From IMG/VR virus record IMGVR_UViG_3300043446_003513, positions 1-64,000 of that record: a stretch of 64,000 nucleotides of DNA. One strand, given 5' to 3'. This document shows, in pieces, positions 10,838 through 21,451 of the stretch. The notes below the pieces were generated by a model that saw only the letters and a list, made by a program, of their open reading frames with translations, searched no databases and was not told where the DNA came from. The stretch is from a virus. How positions within the stretch are numbered: the first letter of the stretch is position 1; each line of letters starts with the position of its first letter. The translations under genes and the position numbers were made by a program.

Positions 10838-12184
10838 TTAACTAATTACTAGGTGATCGCCAGCAATAAACCATTTATTTGGTTCTGTTTTAATGGTGTA
10901 AACATCTTGATCTTCATCGCTAACTGTTATTGTTTCAATTTTGACAAAGTCAATGGAGCCGTTATTTTTAACCGCTAAAGCCTCGTCTCCTATATTAATT
11001 TCAGAAACAAGCACCGAAGTTATTCCGCTATCTTTTTTAATAAATATAGGTTGATTTAAAGAATAGTTTGCAATTTTATTATCATTAAACCAAACAATTT
11101 TTTCTTTTCCATGAGTTGCTTCAGTTACTGTTGTTTCTTCAAACTCTAGATTATTTGCATCTAAAAAGTATTCTTCATCAGAATTACTTGTTAAATTTTT
11201 TGAAGAAATTGTTAAAATATTTTGTCCAACAATAATTTCTTTTGCTAAACAAATTCCATCTTTAGTCAATATTGGAGTTTCCCCGCCAATGCAATAATAT
11301 GGAATTGGTTTTGAAAATCTTGGTGGAGAAAAAAAGGATGGAGGGAAAAAGAATCCTGGTGGAACAAAGAATGCTGGAGGAGAGAAGAACCCTGGAGGGG
11401 CAAAGAACCCTGGAGGGGCAAAGAACCCTGGAGGGGCAAAGAACCCTGGAGGGGCAAAGAACCCTGGAGGGGCAAAGAACCCAGGAGGAGAAAAGAACCC
11501 TGGAGGAGAAAAGAAGCTGGGCGGCAAAGTTGTTACGCTATTAGAAGCCGCTGATGTTATAGAATTTCCGTTAGCGTTAATTGCATAAACAGTATATGTT
11601 TGTGCCGTATTATATTCTTGTGATACAGTAACAGATGTTGAAGCTGTTGGTCCACCACCTGGAGTTCCTCCAGCTAAATTTGTTTTTCCATCTGAAGATG
11701 CCCAAATATATCCAGTAATATTTTTGCCACCAGTTGCTGGAGCTGTCCATGAAACTGTATCAGAATCTACGCCAGCAGTAGCAGTTGGGGCTGCTGGAGT
11801 AGCAGGAACTGTTGTTGCTAATACTGAAGATGATGTTGTGCCGCTTGCGGTTCCACCAATACTGACTGTTTGAACAGTAAACGTGTATGATGTATTAGAG
11901 GCGAGTCCTTGAAAAGTATATGATGTTGTAGATGTACCAGTATTTACTGTATATGTTGAAGGAGTAGATGTAATTATATAAGAGGTTGCCGCTGGAGATG
12001 TAGACGGAAGTGTCCAAGATAGTGTTACGGCTGCGCCAGTTCCCGCTGCAGATGCAGCAGATGTTGTATTGGCGGTTGCCAAATAAGGTCTATTAGTTCC
12101 TACATCTGTTGCCGTTAAAGATGTAACATCTAGTGGAGCGGGCGCTCCAGATCCTTTAATTCCCGTTCTTTTACCAGTAGCCAT
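10838..12184 (-). CDS. FN3-domain protein with (PPxFFx)12 repeat and C-terminal Hint domain
   Basis: Two FN3-like modules (VTLSWTLP..YTFTV; VSWTAPATGG..ITGY..YTVYAIN), a Pro/Phe repeat, then CIGGETPILTKDG...EI.VGQ and VYTIKTEPNKWFIAG Hint-like blocks. Confidence 0.8.
   Translation of the reverse strand: MATGKRTGIKGSGAPAPLDVTSLTATDVGTNRPYLATANTTSAASAAGTGAAVTLSWTLPSTSPAATSYIITSTPSTYTVNTGTSTTSYTFQGLASNTSYTFTVQTVSIGGTASGTTSSSVLATTVPATPAAPTATAGVDSDTVSWTAPATGGKNITGYIWASSDGKTNLAGGTPGGGPTASTSVTVSQEYNTAQTYTVYAINANGNSITSAASNSVTTLPPSFFSPPGFFSPPGFFAPPGFFAPPGFFAPPGFFAPPGFFAPPGFFSPPAFFVPPGFFFPPSFFSPPRFSKPIPYYCIGGETPILTKDGICLAKEIIVGQNILTISSKNLTSNSDEEYFLDANNLEFEETTVTEATHGKEKIVWFNDNKIANYSLNQPIFIKKDSGITSVLVSEINIGDEALAVKNNGSIDFVKIETITVSDEDQDVYTIKTEPNKWFIAGDHLVIS
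11309..11524 (-). repeat. Coding tandem repeat, 12 x 18 bp (PPxFFx)
   Basis: Unit ggcaaagaaccctggagg on the + strand; encodes PPSFFS PPGFFS (PPGFFA)5 PPGFFS PPAFFV PPGFFF PPSFFS PPRFSK. Confidence 0.97.
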
Positions 12185-12218
12185 TTTACCTCTTCCTATA
12201 TATTATACAATATTTATA

Positions 12219-15200
12219 TTATGCGGACAAATCTCCGAGTAATACCCACTCATTTGCAGCTCTTTTAAATAAAGTTGCAGATGACCAGCGATCTCTAAGA
12301 CTTTTTCCTGGTGTAGCATTAACGTTTGCCAAGCCAGAATTTGTGATTGTTACTGCACCAGTATTAATTCTTAATATATCAATAGATGTTCCAACTGGAT
12401 AAGTTAATGAGTTTGTGCCATCTTGAGGAACTGTAATTGTTATCGTTCCAGTAGAATCACAAGTAATCATTTGATCTCTTAAACTTGTTCCGCCATCGTT
12501 GATTCCAAAACTTGCGGTTTTTGCTGTTATTGTTGTTTGAGATGGAACGCCCTCTTTAGATTGTGTGCCATCAGAAAATGTAATGCTTGTTGCAGTTGCT
12601 GCGCCCAAAGTTGGTGTTACTAATGTTGGACTATTTGCAAAAAGAAGTGCTCCAGTTCCAGTTTCATCAGTAAGCGCTGCTGCAAGATTTGCAGATGATG
12701 GCGTTCCAAGAAATGTAGCAACTCCAGTTCCTAGAGATGTAATCCCTGTGCCTCCATTTGCTACTGGTAATGTACCAGTTACACCTGTGGTAAGTGGAAG
12801 ACCAGTTGCATTTGTTAGAGTTCCGCTTGAAGGTGTACCAAGTGCTCCACCATTGACTACTGGAGCGCCAGCAGATCCTACGTTAACTGCAAGAGCAGTT
12901 GCTACGCCAGTTCCAAAACCAGATATACCAGTAGATACTGGAAGTCCTGTTGCATTTGTGAGCGTGGCAGATGAAGGTGTGCCAAGCGCTGGTGTAGTTA
13001 ATGTTGGACTTGTAAGTGTTTTATTTGTCAGAGTTTGTGCTGTATTTAGATCAACAGTTGTAGCAGTATTAATGCTAAATGTATTTCCAGTTAATGTTAA
13101 TCCTGTACCTGCTACATATGTACCACTACCAGAAAATTGAGTAAATTCAATTGCATCTGTACCAATTGTAGTAATGGTATTTGTTTGTACCCAGCCAGTT
13201 TTTCCGTTAACCGTACCGTTTTCAACGAAGATAAAGTCTCCAGCATCTACCTCTGGGGTTGAGTCATAATCAGTTGCTCTTGTTGGAGCTCCAGAAGCAT
13301 TTACTGTATAAACACCATTTTGTGATTTTGTTGTTTGATTCTTAACAAGAATTCTATTGCCTGTTGCAAGAGTAACCCCATCAAGAACGTCACCATTTTC
13401 AACATCTGTCGCAAGTGTGATATTTGCAGTAGTTGCAGCCTTTACAGAATCATGTACGTTGAGACCAGAAGTTGCTGCATCTACATAAGCTTTTGTTGCT
13501 GCATCTTGATCTGCTGTAGGATCTGCAAGATTTGTAATCTTTTGACTGTTCATTGAAAATGAACTAGTAGGTGCAGCAAGATCTGTTACCTTAGATGTAC
13601 GAACTTGTGTATCAAAGTCTGAAATTGTACTTGCTGTTTGTGTGCCAGTATGATTTGCACGTGCAAGAGGGTCTGTGGCAAGTTTGCTGAGAGCAATTGC
13701 TGCTGAAGCATTAATATCAGCATTAACAATTGTCCCATCAGCAATCATAGTAGAAGTAACAGTTCCAGAAGGTAGTGTTACTGTTCCTGTAAATGTTGGA
13801 GAAGCAAGCGGAGCCTTTGCATCAAGAGCAGATTGAGTTGCTGTTGATACTGGCTTGTCTGCATCAGAAGTGTTGTCTACGTTTGCAAGTCCAATCATCG
13901 ACTTTGTAATACCTGAAACGGTACCAGTAAATGTTGGTGATGCAATTGGTGCATAAGTGCTTGACGCTGTAGATGTAGATAGTTTAGAATCAATTTGTGT
14001 TTGAATTGAACTGGTAACTCCGTCAACATAATTAAGTTCTGTTGTACTTAAAGTTGCCCCATCGAGAATATTTAATTCTGCTGTTGAAGCAGTTAATCCG
14101 TCAAGTATATTAATTTCTGATGTGGACGCAGTAACACCATCAAGAAGATTTATTTCAGAAGCCGAAGCTGTTATATCTGAAATATTTGCTGATTGAACAG
14201 TAAGAGTATTATTTAAATATGAAATTGTTTTATTAGTTAAAGTTTGTGTGTCGGATGTTCCAACTATATTGCCTGTAGTGCCATGAGAAGACGTATCTGT
14301 TGCGTGAGTTGAAATTTCATTTCCTACATATGTTTTTGTAGCCAAATTTGCAACATCATCAATTCCATGAACCATTGTACTTGTTTCAGAATGTGTTGTA
14401 AGATCATTATAAGTAACTCTATCATCAATTTGTGATTGAATTGCCGATGTTACTCCATCTAAATAAGAAATTTCTGATGAAGAAACTTGACCTATGCTTG
14501 TGGTATCTGGAAGAGTTACAGTTCCAGTAAATGTTGGAGCTAAAATAGGTGCATAAGTGGTTGATGCTGTAGAAGTATTTAATTTAGAATCAATTTGCGT
14601 TTGAATTGCTGAATAAACGCCACTTAAATAAGAAATTTCGACTGGAGTAACAGATCCTATTGTTGTTGTATTTGGTAAGGTGATATCTCCAGTTAACGTT
14701 GTATTATTTTTTACAGCATAATCTGAAGCTGCACTTGAAATAGAAAGTTTATTATTCAATTGTGTTTGAATTGCTGAAGTAACTCCATTTAAATATTGAA
14801 ATTCAGTATTGCTTACATCTCCTATATGTATTTCATCTCCATATAGTATTCCAAGCTGCATAGTTTCTTTTGTATAGGTTGAAAAATCAACAGTGTTTGT
14901 TGGTTCATTTGTTACACCAGAAAATAACTTCCAAACTCCGTCTGTTGCATCTTTTATAAAACCAGTGTGAGAATATGTGCCAGAAATTGTATGAGATCCA
15001 ATAATGCCTATGTCTACAGTATTAGAATTATTATTTTCTGCCATATAAATAATAGGATTTGTTACCGTTAAAGTTTCTACTGGAACTGTATTATAAGTTC
15101 CATTTACAGTTAAATCTCCATCAACTATTAACGATCCAGCTTGAACTTCTCCAGTAAAAATAGCAGAAGAGGCACCAATTTGGTCTGCCCCAAAACTTCC

Positions 15201-15935
15201 AGATATTGTTACGCTGTCTGATAAATTTACGGTTAGTGTTCCAGCATTATCATTATAAGAAGTATCAATATTATTTCCACCAATAATAGTTGAATTCATT
15301 AAATCTTGTGTTGTTTCTGTATAATCTGAAACACTTGTTGTAGTTATAGAAATACTATTGCTTGAACTATTAATTGTTTTATTTGTTAAAGTTTGATTTC
15401 CGTTTGTTGTAACTAATAGTGAAGTATCTGCTATTCCATGTATGTTTGTTGTGTTTGATTCATGAGACGCAATTAATGAATTAATTTCGCTTGTATTTGT
15501 TAAAGCTTTCCAGTTTGCATTTGTTGAAGCAGGGGAAGATTGAAGAACATAACTTGTTCCATTGTCATTTTGAATTGCAATATCTCCAGGTTGCGCTGTT
15601 AATGCAAGTCTTGCTGTTTGATCTGCAACAGTGTTTACTGTAACTTTAACAAGCGCTGGTAGCTGACTAGCTGGAACTAAACCGTCCGAATCAAGTGAAG
15701 CAACTCCATTTGCTTGTCCAACATCTGCTAACAAAACATAATCTGAAAGTGAATCTCCTAATCCAGTAGGAGTAACATTTGCATAAGGAAGCTCTGTCCA
15801 TGTATCGGAATTATTACCAATTTTAAATTTATTAGTATCGCTCTCAATGCCAACCTCCCCTGCAGCCAAGACTGGATCGACATCTGTCCAATCTGCTGCT
15901 AGACCTCTACGAAGTTGAATTCTTACTGTTGACAT
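12219..15935 (-). CDS. Long tail fibre protein
   Basis: N-terminal IQLRRG.AA.W...[20 protein letters not shown] (Mtd-N/hyaluronidase-type) module; repeated [14 protein letters not shown] and [12 protein letters not shown] fibre motifs. Confidence 0.85.
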   Translation of the reverse strand: MSTVRIQLRRGLAADWTDVDPVLAAGEVGIESDTNKFKIGNNSDTWTELPYANVTPTGLGDSLSDYVLLADVGQANGVASLDSDGLVPASQLPALVKVTVNTVADQTARLALTAQPGDIAIQNDNGTSYVLQSSPASTNANWKALTNTSEINSLIASHESNTTNIHGIADTSLLVTTNGNQTLTNKTINSSSNSISITTTSVSDYTETTQDLMNSTIIGGNNIDTSYNDNAGTLTVNLSDSVTISGSFGADQIGASSAIFTGEVQAGSLIVDGDLTVNGTYNTVPVETLTVTNPIIYMAENNNSNTVDIGIIGSHTISGTYSHTGFIKDATDGVWKLFSGVTNEPTNTVDFSTYTKETMQLGILYGDEIHIGDVSNTEFQYLNGVTSAIQTQLNNKLSISSAASDYAVKNNTTLTGDITLPNTTTIGSVTPVEISYLSGVYSAIQTQIDSKLNTSTASTTYAPILAPTFTGTVTLPDTTSIGQVSSSEISYLDGVTSAIQSQIDDRVTYNDLTTHSETSTMVHGIDDVANLATKTYVGNEISTHATDTSSHGTTGNIVGTSDTQTLTNKTISYLNNTLTVQSANISDITASASEINLLDGVTASTSEINILDGLTASTAELNILDGATLSTTELNYVDGVTSSIQTQIDSKLSTSTASSTYAPIASPTFTGTVSGITKSMIGLANVDNTSDADKPVSTATQSALDAKAPLASPTFTGTVTLPSGTVTSTMIADGTIVNADINASAAIALSKLATDPLARANHTGTQTASTISDFDTQVRTSKVTDLAAPTSSFSMNSQKITNLADPTADQDAATKAYVDAATSGLNVHDSVKAATTANITLATDVENGDVLDGVTLATGNRILVKNQTTKSQNGVYTVNASGAPTRATDYDSTPEVDAGDFIFVENGTVNGKTGWVQTNTITTIGTDAIEFTQFSGSGTYVAGTGLTLTGNTFSINTATTVDLNTAQTLTNKTLTSPTLTTPALGTPSSATLTNATGLPVSTGISGFGTGVATALAVNVGSAGAPVVNGGALGTPSSGTLTNATGLPLTTGVTGTLPVANGGTGITSLGTGVATFLGTPSSANLAAALTDETGTGALLFANSPTLVTPTLGAATATSITFSDGTQSKEGVPSQTTITAKTASFGINDGGTSLRDQMITCDSTGTITITVPQDGTNSLTYPVGTSIDILRINTGAVTITNSGLANVNATPGKSLRDRWSSATLFKRAANEWVLLGDLSA

Positions 15936-15981
15936 TTATTGCTCCCTAAGTTTAAATTATATCATTTAGATAATTCAAATA

Positions 15982-16332
15982 CTAGGCTATTACCCCTGCA
16001 TCAAATTCATATCTAACTGTTGTTGTATTTGGATTTCCACCATCCAAAAATTTGCTTGTTCCAGAAACATTTATTCCGTTTCCCTGTATTATAAAAACTG
16101 GATTTCCATCGTAGTCTATAGTAAGACCAATGTCTTCATTGAATACCAAGACATCGGCATCTGACAATAAAGCTAACGGGAGCCATTGACCATCTACCTG
16201 AACTTTTAATCTACTGGTTTGTGTATCAAAGGCTAGCGGGGTTGTCCCTAAAATAACATCTGAATTAAATACTGCTTGTCCAGTTACATTTAATCCATTT
16301 TTTACCTTAAAGTTTTTATTTGACGTACTCAT
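15982..16332 (-). CDS. Small tail-associated protein
   Basis: Shares the N-terminal KNFxVxNG motif with both upstream genes; lies in the fibre operon. Confidence 0.6.
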   Translation of the reverse strand: MSTSNKNFKVKNGLNVTGQAVFNSDVILGTTPLAFDTQTSRLKVQVDGQWLPLALLSDADVLVFNEDIGLTIDYDGNPVFIIQGNGINVSGTSKFLDGGNPNTTTVRYEFDAGVIA

Positions 16333-16559
16333 TAATTGCCTCCATTATATTGAATTGGAGGAGAAGAAAAAACTCCTGTTTGTATGTCTGACAATAAAGC
16401 CATAGAGACCCACGCATTATCTACGAAGGCCTTTAGTCTATGTGTTGATTCGTCTATTGTAATCGGGGTGTCATTTATTGTAATACCAGAAGGAAAGGTA
16501 GCCGTACCGTTGACGTATATACCATTTTCTACAATAAAATTTTTATTGTTTACTGACAC
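16332..16559 (-). CDS. Small tail-associated protein, paralog of 15982..16332
   Basis: KNFIVENG...RLK..VD..W...ALLSD shared with neighbour. Confidence 0.6.
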   Translation of the reverse strand: MSVNNKNFIVENGIYVNGTATFPSGITINDTPITIDESTHRLKAFVDNAWVSMALLSDIQTGVFSSPPIQYNGGN

Positions 16560-16620
16560 GAGTTCACTATCCCCCGATTATTTGGCTGGGGATTTCTCCC
16601 CAGCCATTTAACTATTTTTA

Positions 16621-18270
16621 TTACTTAATTAATGATCCAACAGTCATAACTTCAGTGTTATTGTTTGCTGGTGTTACTCTAATTCTTACATCATTGCTAT
16701 TGATGTCTGCAGTAATATCCATCAAAGATCCGTTTGATGTGGTTATTGCATACTCATTAATTGCAATATTGTCTGAGGTATCAAGAGTTACGATAACCTC
16801 AGAAACGTGTGTGTGTGTTCCATTCTTAGCCTTTATAGTAAGCTTTGCGCTTCTATAATCAGCCTTTAACCATGCAAACGCAGTGGTTGCTGCTGCTGTA
16901 GCAATATTTCCAGTTGTAGCTGCAATTTGCTTTGCCACATCATTAATTGCTAACGATGTAAACGAACGATCTGTTCCGTCTACAGCATCTCTTGCACGAG
17001 CATCCGTGAAGTAAAGGTTTGAACCTTCTGAAACATCATCTGTATCTAGGCCTGTAACCGAAATTGTATCGCTTACAATGCTGATATTTGAGCCAGCGGT
17101 TAATGTATTTTGCTTTCCATTAAGACCATTAGCTACTGTAGTAAAGAAGTTTTCATCATCATTGATTGCTGCTGCCAACTCGTTTAATGTATCAAGAAGT
17201 CCTGGGGCTCCGTCAACAAGGTCGCTAATTGCGCCATCTACATATGACGTGGTTGCAATTGTATTGTCTACAGAGATTTCACCAGTTCCAGAATCATAAG
17301 ATATTCCAGTTCCAGCAGAAATGGCTCCACGAGCACGAGTATTTGTAAAGTACTGGTTAGTTGCACCCTCTTCAATATCGTCTGTGTCAAGAGCATTGAT
17401 AGCGTTATCTGTGTATGTGTTAGCTGCACCTTCAGCGCTTGATGCCGAACCATAAGCGTCATAAGCGGCAGATGTTGCATCAAGTGCTCTTTGGTTTGTA
17501 AAATACTTATTAGTAGCACCTTCTTCAATGTCATCAGTGTCAAGAGCGTTTATGGCGTTATCTGTGTATGTGTTTGCCGAACTTTCTGCTGATGAAGCTG
17601 CACCGTATGCATCATAAACTGTTGAAAGGGCAGAAATTTCTCCATCTGTGTAGCTATTTGCTGCTGTTTCAGCGTTTGAAGCTGCATCGTCAGCATAAGT
17701 CTTTGTTGCAATTGTATTATCTACTGCAATTTCACCAGTGCTGCTATTGTAGCTGATTCCAGTTCCACCAGAAATCGCGTTACGTGCTCTGGTGTTTGTG
17801 AAATAAAGGTTTGTAGTACCTTCTGCTAAATCGTCAGTGTCTGAATCTGCAACACCATTTTCAGCAGTGATTGTTAAGCCGTTACCGCTTCCAGTAATTG
17901 TAATATTGGTAAGATTTGCATTTGTTAATAAATCAGCTGCAGAGCTTTTTGCTCTTGCATCTGTAAAATATTGATTAGATGAACCTTCTGCAAGGTCATC
18001 TGTATCATGGTTTGAAAGGCTAGAAACTGTACCAGTTACATCACCAGTTAAATCTGCTGTAATTGTTCCAGCTGAAAAATTTCCACTACCATCACGCTTT
18101 ACAACAGAGTTTGCTGTATTTGCTGATGTGGCGGTTCCGCCAATAAGATCAATAATGTAATTTTCATCTGCTGTACTCTTTTTAAGTACATCGTAACCAT
18201 TAACTGTAGCTGTTGATCCTTCAACTACAAGGCCGTTTTTAACTCTAAAATTCTTGCTTACTGTTGCCAT
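16621..18270 (-). CDS. Tail fibre-like protein with five TDDxxEG-NxYFTxxRA repeats
   Basis: Repeats visible in the translation; Thr/Ser/Asn/Gly-rich. Confidence 0.75.
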   Translation of the reverse strand: MATVSKNFRVKNGLVVEGSTATVNGYDVLKKSTADENYIIDLIGGTATSANTANSVVKRDGSGNFSAGTITADLTGDVTGTVSSLSNHDTDDLAEGSSNQYFTDARAKSSAADLLTNANLTNITITGSGNGLTITAENGVADSDTDDLAEGTTNLYFTNTRARNAISGGTGISYNSSTGEIAVDNTIATKTYADDAASNAETAANSYTDGEISALSTVYDAYGAASSAESSANTYTDNAINALDTDDIEEGATNKYFTNQRALDATSAAYDAYGSASSAEGAANTYTDNAINALDTDDIEEGATNQYFTNTRARGAISAGTGISYDSGTGEISVDNTIATTSYVDGAISDLVDGAPGLLDTLNELAAAINDDENFFTTVANGLNGKQNTLTAGSNISIVSDTISVTGLDTDDVSEGSNLYFTDARARDAVDGTDRSFTSLAINDVAKQIAATTGNIATAAATTAFAWLKADYRSAKLTIKAKNGTHTHVSEVIVTLDTSDNIAINEYAITTSNGSLMDITADINSNDVRIRVTPANNNTEVMTVGSLIK

Positions 18271-18285
18271 GTGACAACCCCCTAA

Positions 18286-18843
18286 TTATATTTTTAATGC
18301 TGTTCTATAAAATCTGGCAGTTACGGCAGATGATACAGGTTCTACGTACAAACTAATTATACCCGAATTTTCTTCGAAAGTAACATTAGCTAAAGTATTT
18401 TCTGTGTTTGAAACAACCTCTAATTCATTGACATGAAAATCAGTTGAATCATGGGTAAAATCATATGAATTTGTTACGTATTCAGACCCTTTAGTAATTT
18501 GTACAACATATCTTACTGTTCGATAAACTGTTTTACTAAATGAATCTATTGATGTTTTATTTTCTATTCCAGAAACTATAAGGTCATTATTTCCTTCTAG
18601 TCCTAGAAGTGTTGTTACTGTTTCTGTATTATTTCCTATATTAGATACTTGTAACTCTAATGTATTAATCTTATAGTCAAAAGAATCGGTATCTTGTGAG
18701 CCATCCACGCCTATTTTTGTTTGAATAGCCTCAACAGCATCATTTAAATTAATGTGTTGTTGAGAATGGGATGGATTAGAAAGCGGACTTGTTGCTGTTG
18801 GATTTGTTAAAACGTCCAAAGAATTTGGAAAATTTGTTGCCAA
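18286..18843 (-). CDS. Putative virion structural protein
   Basis: MATNFPNSLD...HxxLNDAVEAIQTKIG module typical of fibre-associated proteins. Confidence 0.6.
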   Translation of the reverse strand: MATNFPNSLDVLTNPTATSPLSNPSHSQQHINLNDAVEAIQTKIGVDGSQDTDSFDYKINTLELQVSNIGNNTETVTTLLGLEGNNDLIVSGIENKTSIDSFSKTVYRTVRYVVQITKGSEYVTNSYDFTHDSTDFHVNELEVVSNTENTLANVTFEENSGIISLYVEPVSSAVTARFYRTALKI

Positions 18844-18889
18844 CGTCTCACCACCAAATAAAATTTATATAACTAATTTTACCATAAAA

Positions 18890-19228
18890 TTAATTAATAA
18901 TGCCACCATCTACATGAATTTCTGTAGCTGGTCCTGGTGGATCAGTATATGGTTGATCTAATGTTCCACCATCAACACTTAAGAGTCCAGACATATCATT
19001 TGCAACATCAAATGGTACTGGATTAATTGTGTCAACATCTCCATCATAATTATGAGTATGCAAATAAAATGGAGTGTCTGAAGCTGGCGTTAAGTCAATC
19101 CAAGATGTACCATTATGAACTCTAAGATTTGTTGTTGTAGTATTAACATATATATCTCCTAATTTGCCGTCGGCAGGATCAGTTTCTGAGGTATATAGAT
19201 TTAACGCCACCTTCATTTGTCTTGACAT
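18890..19228 (-). CDS. Putative virion structural protein
   Basis: GDIYVNTTTTNLRVHNGTSW beta-rich fibre motif. Confidence 0.6.
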   Translation of the reverse strand: MSRQMKVALNLYTSETDPADGKLGDIYVNTTTTNLRVHNGTSWIDLTPASDTPFYLHTHNYDGDVDTINPVPFDVANDMSGLLSVDGGTLDQPYTDPPGPATEIHVDGGIIN

Positions 19229-19232
19229 TGTA

Positions 19233-21437
19233 TTATCCTACTATTACTACTTCATATTGTCCAGTAGTTGGAGCGGAAGCAAACTTAAGAGTTACAACGC
19301 TTGTACTTGTATGCTCCACATCTGCTTCTATTTGAGCGTAAGGACTTGTTGCTTCAAATATTTGAACTGTTACATATCTTGTTCCAATTGAGTGTGTGAC
19401 TGTAAACGATGTTGCAGAATTATCACCAATTGTTGTTGTATATTTTTTAAGCCCATATCCTGAAGCGAATTCAAGTGAGCCTGATGACGTATCGAATCCA
19501 GTTCCAGCATTAATAGCTATATTTCCTGAGCCATCAAATTCTATGCCGTCACCAATCTTTGCGTAAACGCCATCTCCATCAATTGCAAGGCCTCTGGTGC
19601 CGTCTACAACAACATTGATTTCATTGCCATCAACTAGAATTGAATCTGATCCAATATATGTTCCCTGTCCCGAGAACTGAACCCATTCTTGGTTTGCAAA
19701 CGAGCTTAAGTAATGACTTGACTGAACCCACGATGTAGAACCGTAGGTGTCTCCTTCCATTACAAATACCGCTGCTCCAGTTAATTCGGCATCAGAATCG
19801 GCATCTACAGATCTTGTTAATGCATAATCTAAACCACCATTTGTAAACGCTAAATCATAGATACCATTTTGTGATGCTGTAGATTGATTGATTAAAAGTA
19901 CTCTATATCCACTTGAAAGAACGTGATTATCAATTGATAGCGGAGTATTTCCTGTCAATGGAATATTTATATTTGCTAAAACATTTACAGCTTGTTTCCA
20001 AGATAGTCCAGAAGAAGTTGCCTGGACATCTGAAATTCTAGCAATCTCGTTTCCAGGAGTTGCTGCTGAACCATAAAATGCTTTTGCTGATGCATCTGGA
20101 ATAATCTCAATATTTTTAGTTGTTCCATTGATGTGGATTTGAGAATCTTGGTTGCCATCTTTTAATGTAAGGCTTCCATCTGCAGAATTTAATGTTGATC
20201 CAACTAAATTAGTTGTATTTAAATTACTGCTAACATTTAATTGAGAATCAACATATACTTGGCCATCTGCATCTAATCTAATATCTCCATTATTTGAGTA
20301 AAGATTAAGATCTGCAACGTAGGCTCTAATTTCAAAGTTTTCATTGGAATCGTTGATCTTAATTCCACCATCATTTGGAATAGTAGATGGATTTGTAAAA
20401 TAAAGTTCATCATTTACAGTCTTATTTGTTAATACTGCTGATCCTGCTTCTGTTACAACTTTATTTCCAGTAGAAACGCTTCCAATAAATACGCCATTAT
20501 CATCATAGTCAAGAATTAAGTTGTTGGCTGCTGAAATTACTAAATCATTATTGCCATCATTAGATATTGATGATGTGTTAAATCCATTAGAATCACTTAA
20601 ATTAAGTTGTCCATTTACAGAAACTATATCTGTTGTTGAATTTGCAGTAAATACATTTGTTGTAGATCCTACTGCAAATGTGTCTGCTATTACAACATCG
20701 TCTGGAAGACCTACCGTTATGTTTCCAGAACCATCATCTGAAACTGTAACTTCATCAGTAGTTCCAAAAACTGATTGAACAACAGCATTTGATTCTAAGT
20801 CTCCAATTGTTGCAATACGATTGTTTGGAGATACATTAGATCCAATATATGCAGTTCCATCTGGATTAAGTACAATGTCTCCATTGACTGTTGTCAAGTT
20901 AATGTCTTGATTTGCAGATAGATTTAAGTTATTTGATGAAGCAACAATTTCAAGGTTGGTAGCTCCGTCGTCATGAATATATCCAACGTTTCCTCCCCCA
21001 TCATTAAAATGAAGGTTGTCTGAAATTGTTTTGTTTGAAAGTGTTTGTGTGTCTGAAGTTCCTACTACATCTCCAGTAACACCATGAACACCAGTTGTTA
21101 AATCACTGTGATCTTCAATCCAACCAGTTACATCTGATTCACTTAATGTTCCTTGAACCCAAGCTGAACCGTTGTCTACGTAAACAACTTTTGCTTCTGT
21201 ATCAATATATAATTGACCAGCCTTGCTAGCTGCTGGACGTGAAATTGTATTACCGAACTCTACTGAACTACCTGATATCCATTGAGATCCATCATAGTAT
21301 CTAAGTTCGTTATCTACTGTATTAAAATAAATCTGACCTGCCACAGGTGACGATGGATTAGCAGACAGATTTTGAATTCTAGCATTTTGTAACTCATTTT
21401 TATTGAGATTAATGCTAGTTGCAAATAATCTTGCCAT
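19233..21437 (-). CDS. Tail fibre/baseplate protein
   Basis: GQIYFNTVDNELRYYDGSQW; RVLL.NQ..ASQNGIY domain shared with 12219..15935. Confidence 0.75.
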   Translation of the reverse strand: MARLFATSINLNKNELQNARIQNLSANPSSPVAGQIYFNTVDNELRYYDGSQWISGSSVEFGNTISRPAASKAGQLYIDTEAKVVYVDNGSAWVQGTLSESDVTGWIEDHSDLTTGVHGVTGDVVGTSDTQTLSNKTISDNLHFNDGGGNVGYIHDDGATNLEIVASSNNLNLSANQDINLTTVNGDIVLNPDGTAYIGSNVSPNNRIATIGDLESNAVVQSVFGTTDEVTVSDDGSGNITVGLPDDVVIADTFAVGSTTNVFTANSTTDIVSVNGQLNLSDSNGFNTSSISNDGNNDLVISAANNLILDYDDNGVFIGSVSTGNKVVTEAGSAVLTNKTVNDELYFTNPSTIPNDGGIKINDSNENFEIRAYVADLNLYSNNGDIRLDADGQVYVDSQLNVSSNLNTTNLVGSTLNSADGSLTLKDGNQDSQIHINGTTKNIEIIPDASAKAFYGSAATPGNEIARISDVQATSSGLSWKQAVNVLANINIPLTGNTPLSIDNHVLSSGYRVLLINQSTASQNGIYDLAFTNGGLDYALTRSVDADSDAELTGAAVFVMEGDTYGSTSWVQSSHYLSSFANQEWVQFSGQGTYIGSDSILVDGNEINVVVDGTRGLAIDGDGVYAKIGDGIEFDGSGNIAINAGTGFDTSSGSLEFASGYGLKKYTTTIGDNSATSFTVTHSIGTRYVTVQIFEATSPYAQIEADVEHTSTSVVTLKFASAPTTGQYEVVIVG

Positions 21438-21451
21438 TTTTTATTTCTCCT

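Noticed and set aside
11309-11524. CRISPR-like array, or a link to fungal/plant PPFF cyclopeptides (antamanide, cyclolinopeptide)
   Set aside because: No spacers and in-frame coding; the peptide resemblance is compositional, with no leader or prolyl oligopeptidase gene seen
11266-11544. Alternative-frame ORFs with PLQGSL and QRTLEG repeats
   Set aside because: Shadows of the 18-bp coding repeat; the PPxFF frame is continuous with the FN3 and Hint domains
12565-13140. 191-aa plus-strand ORF and similar antisense ORFs (e.g. 56738..57268, 20521..20778)
   Set aside because: Antisense to well-supported genes with biased codons; no RBS or recognisable motifs
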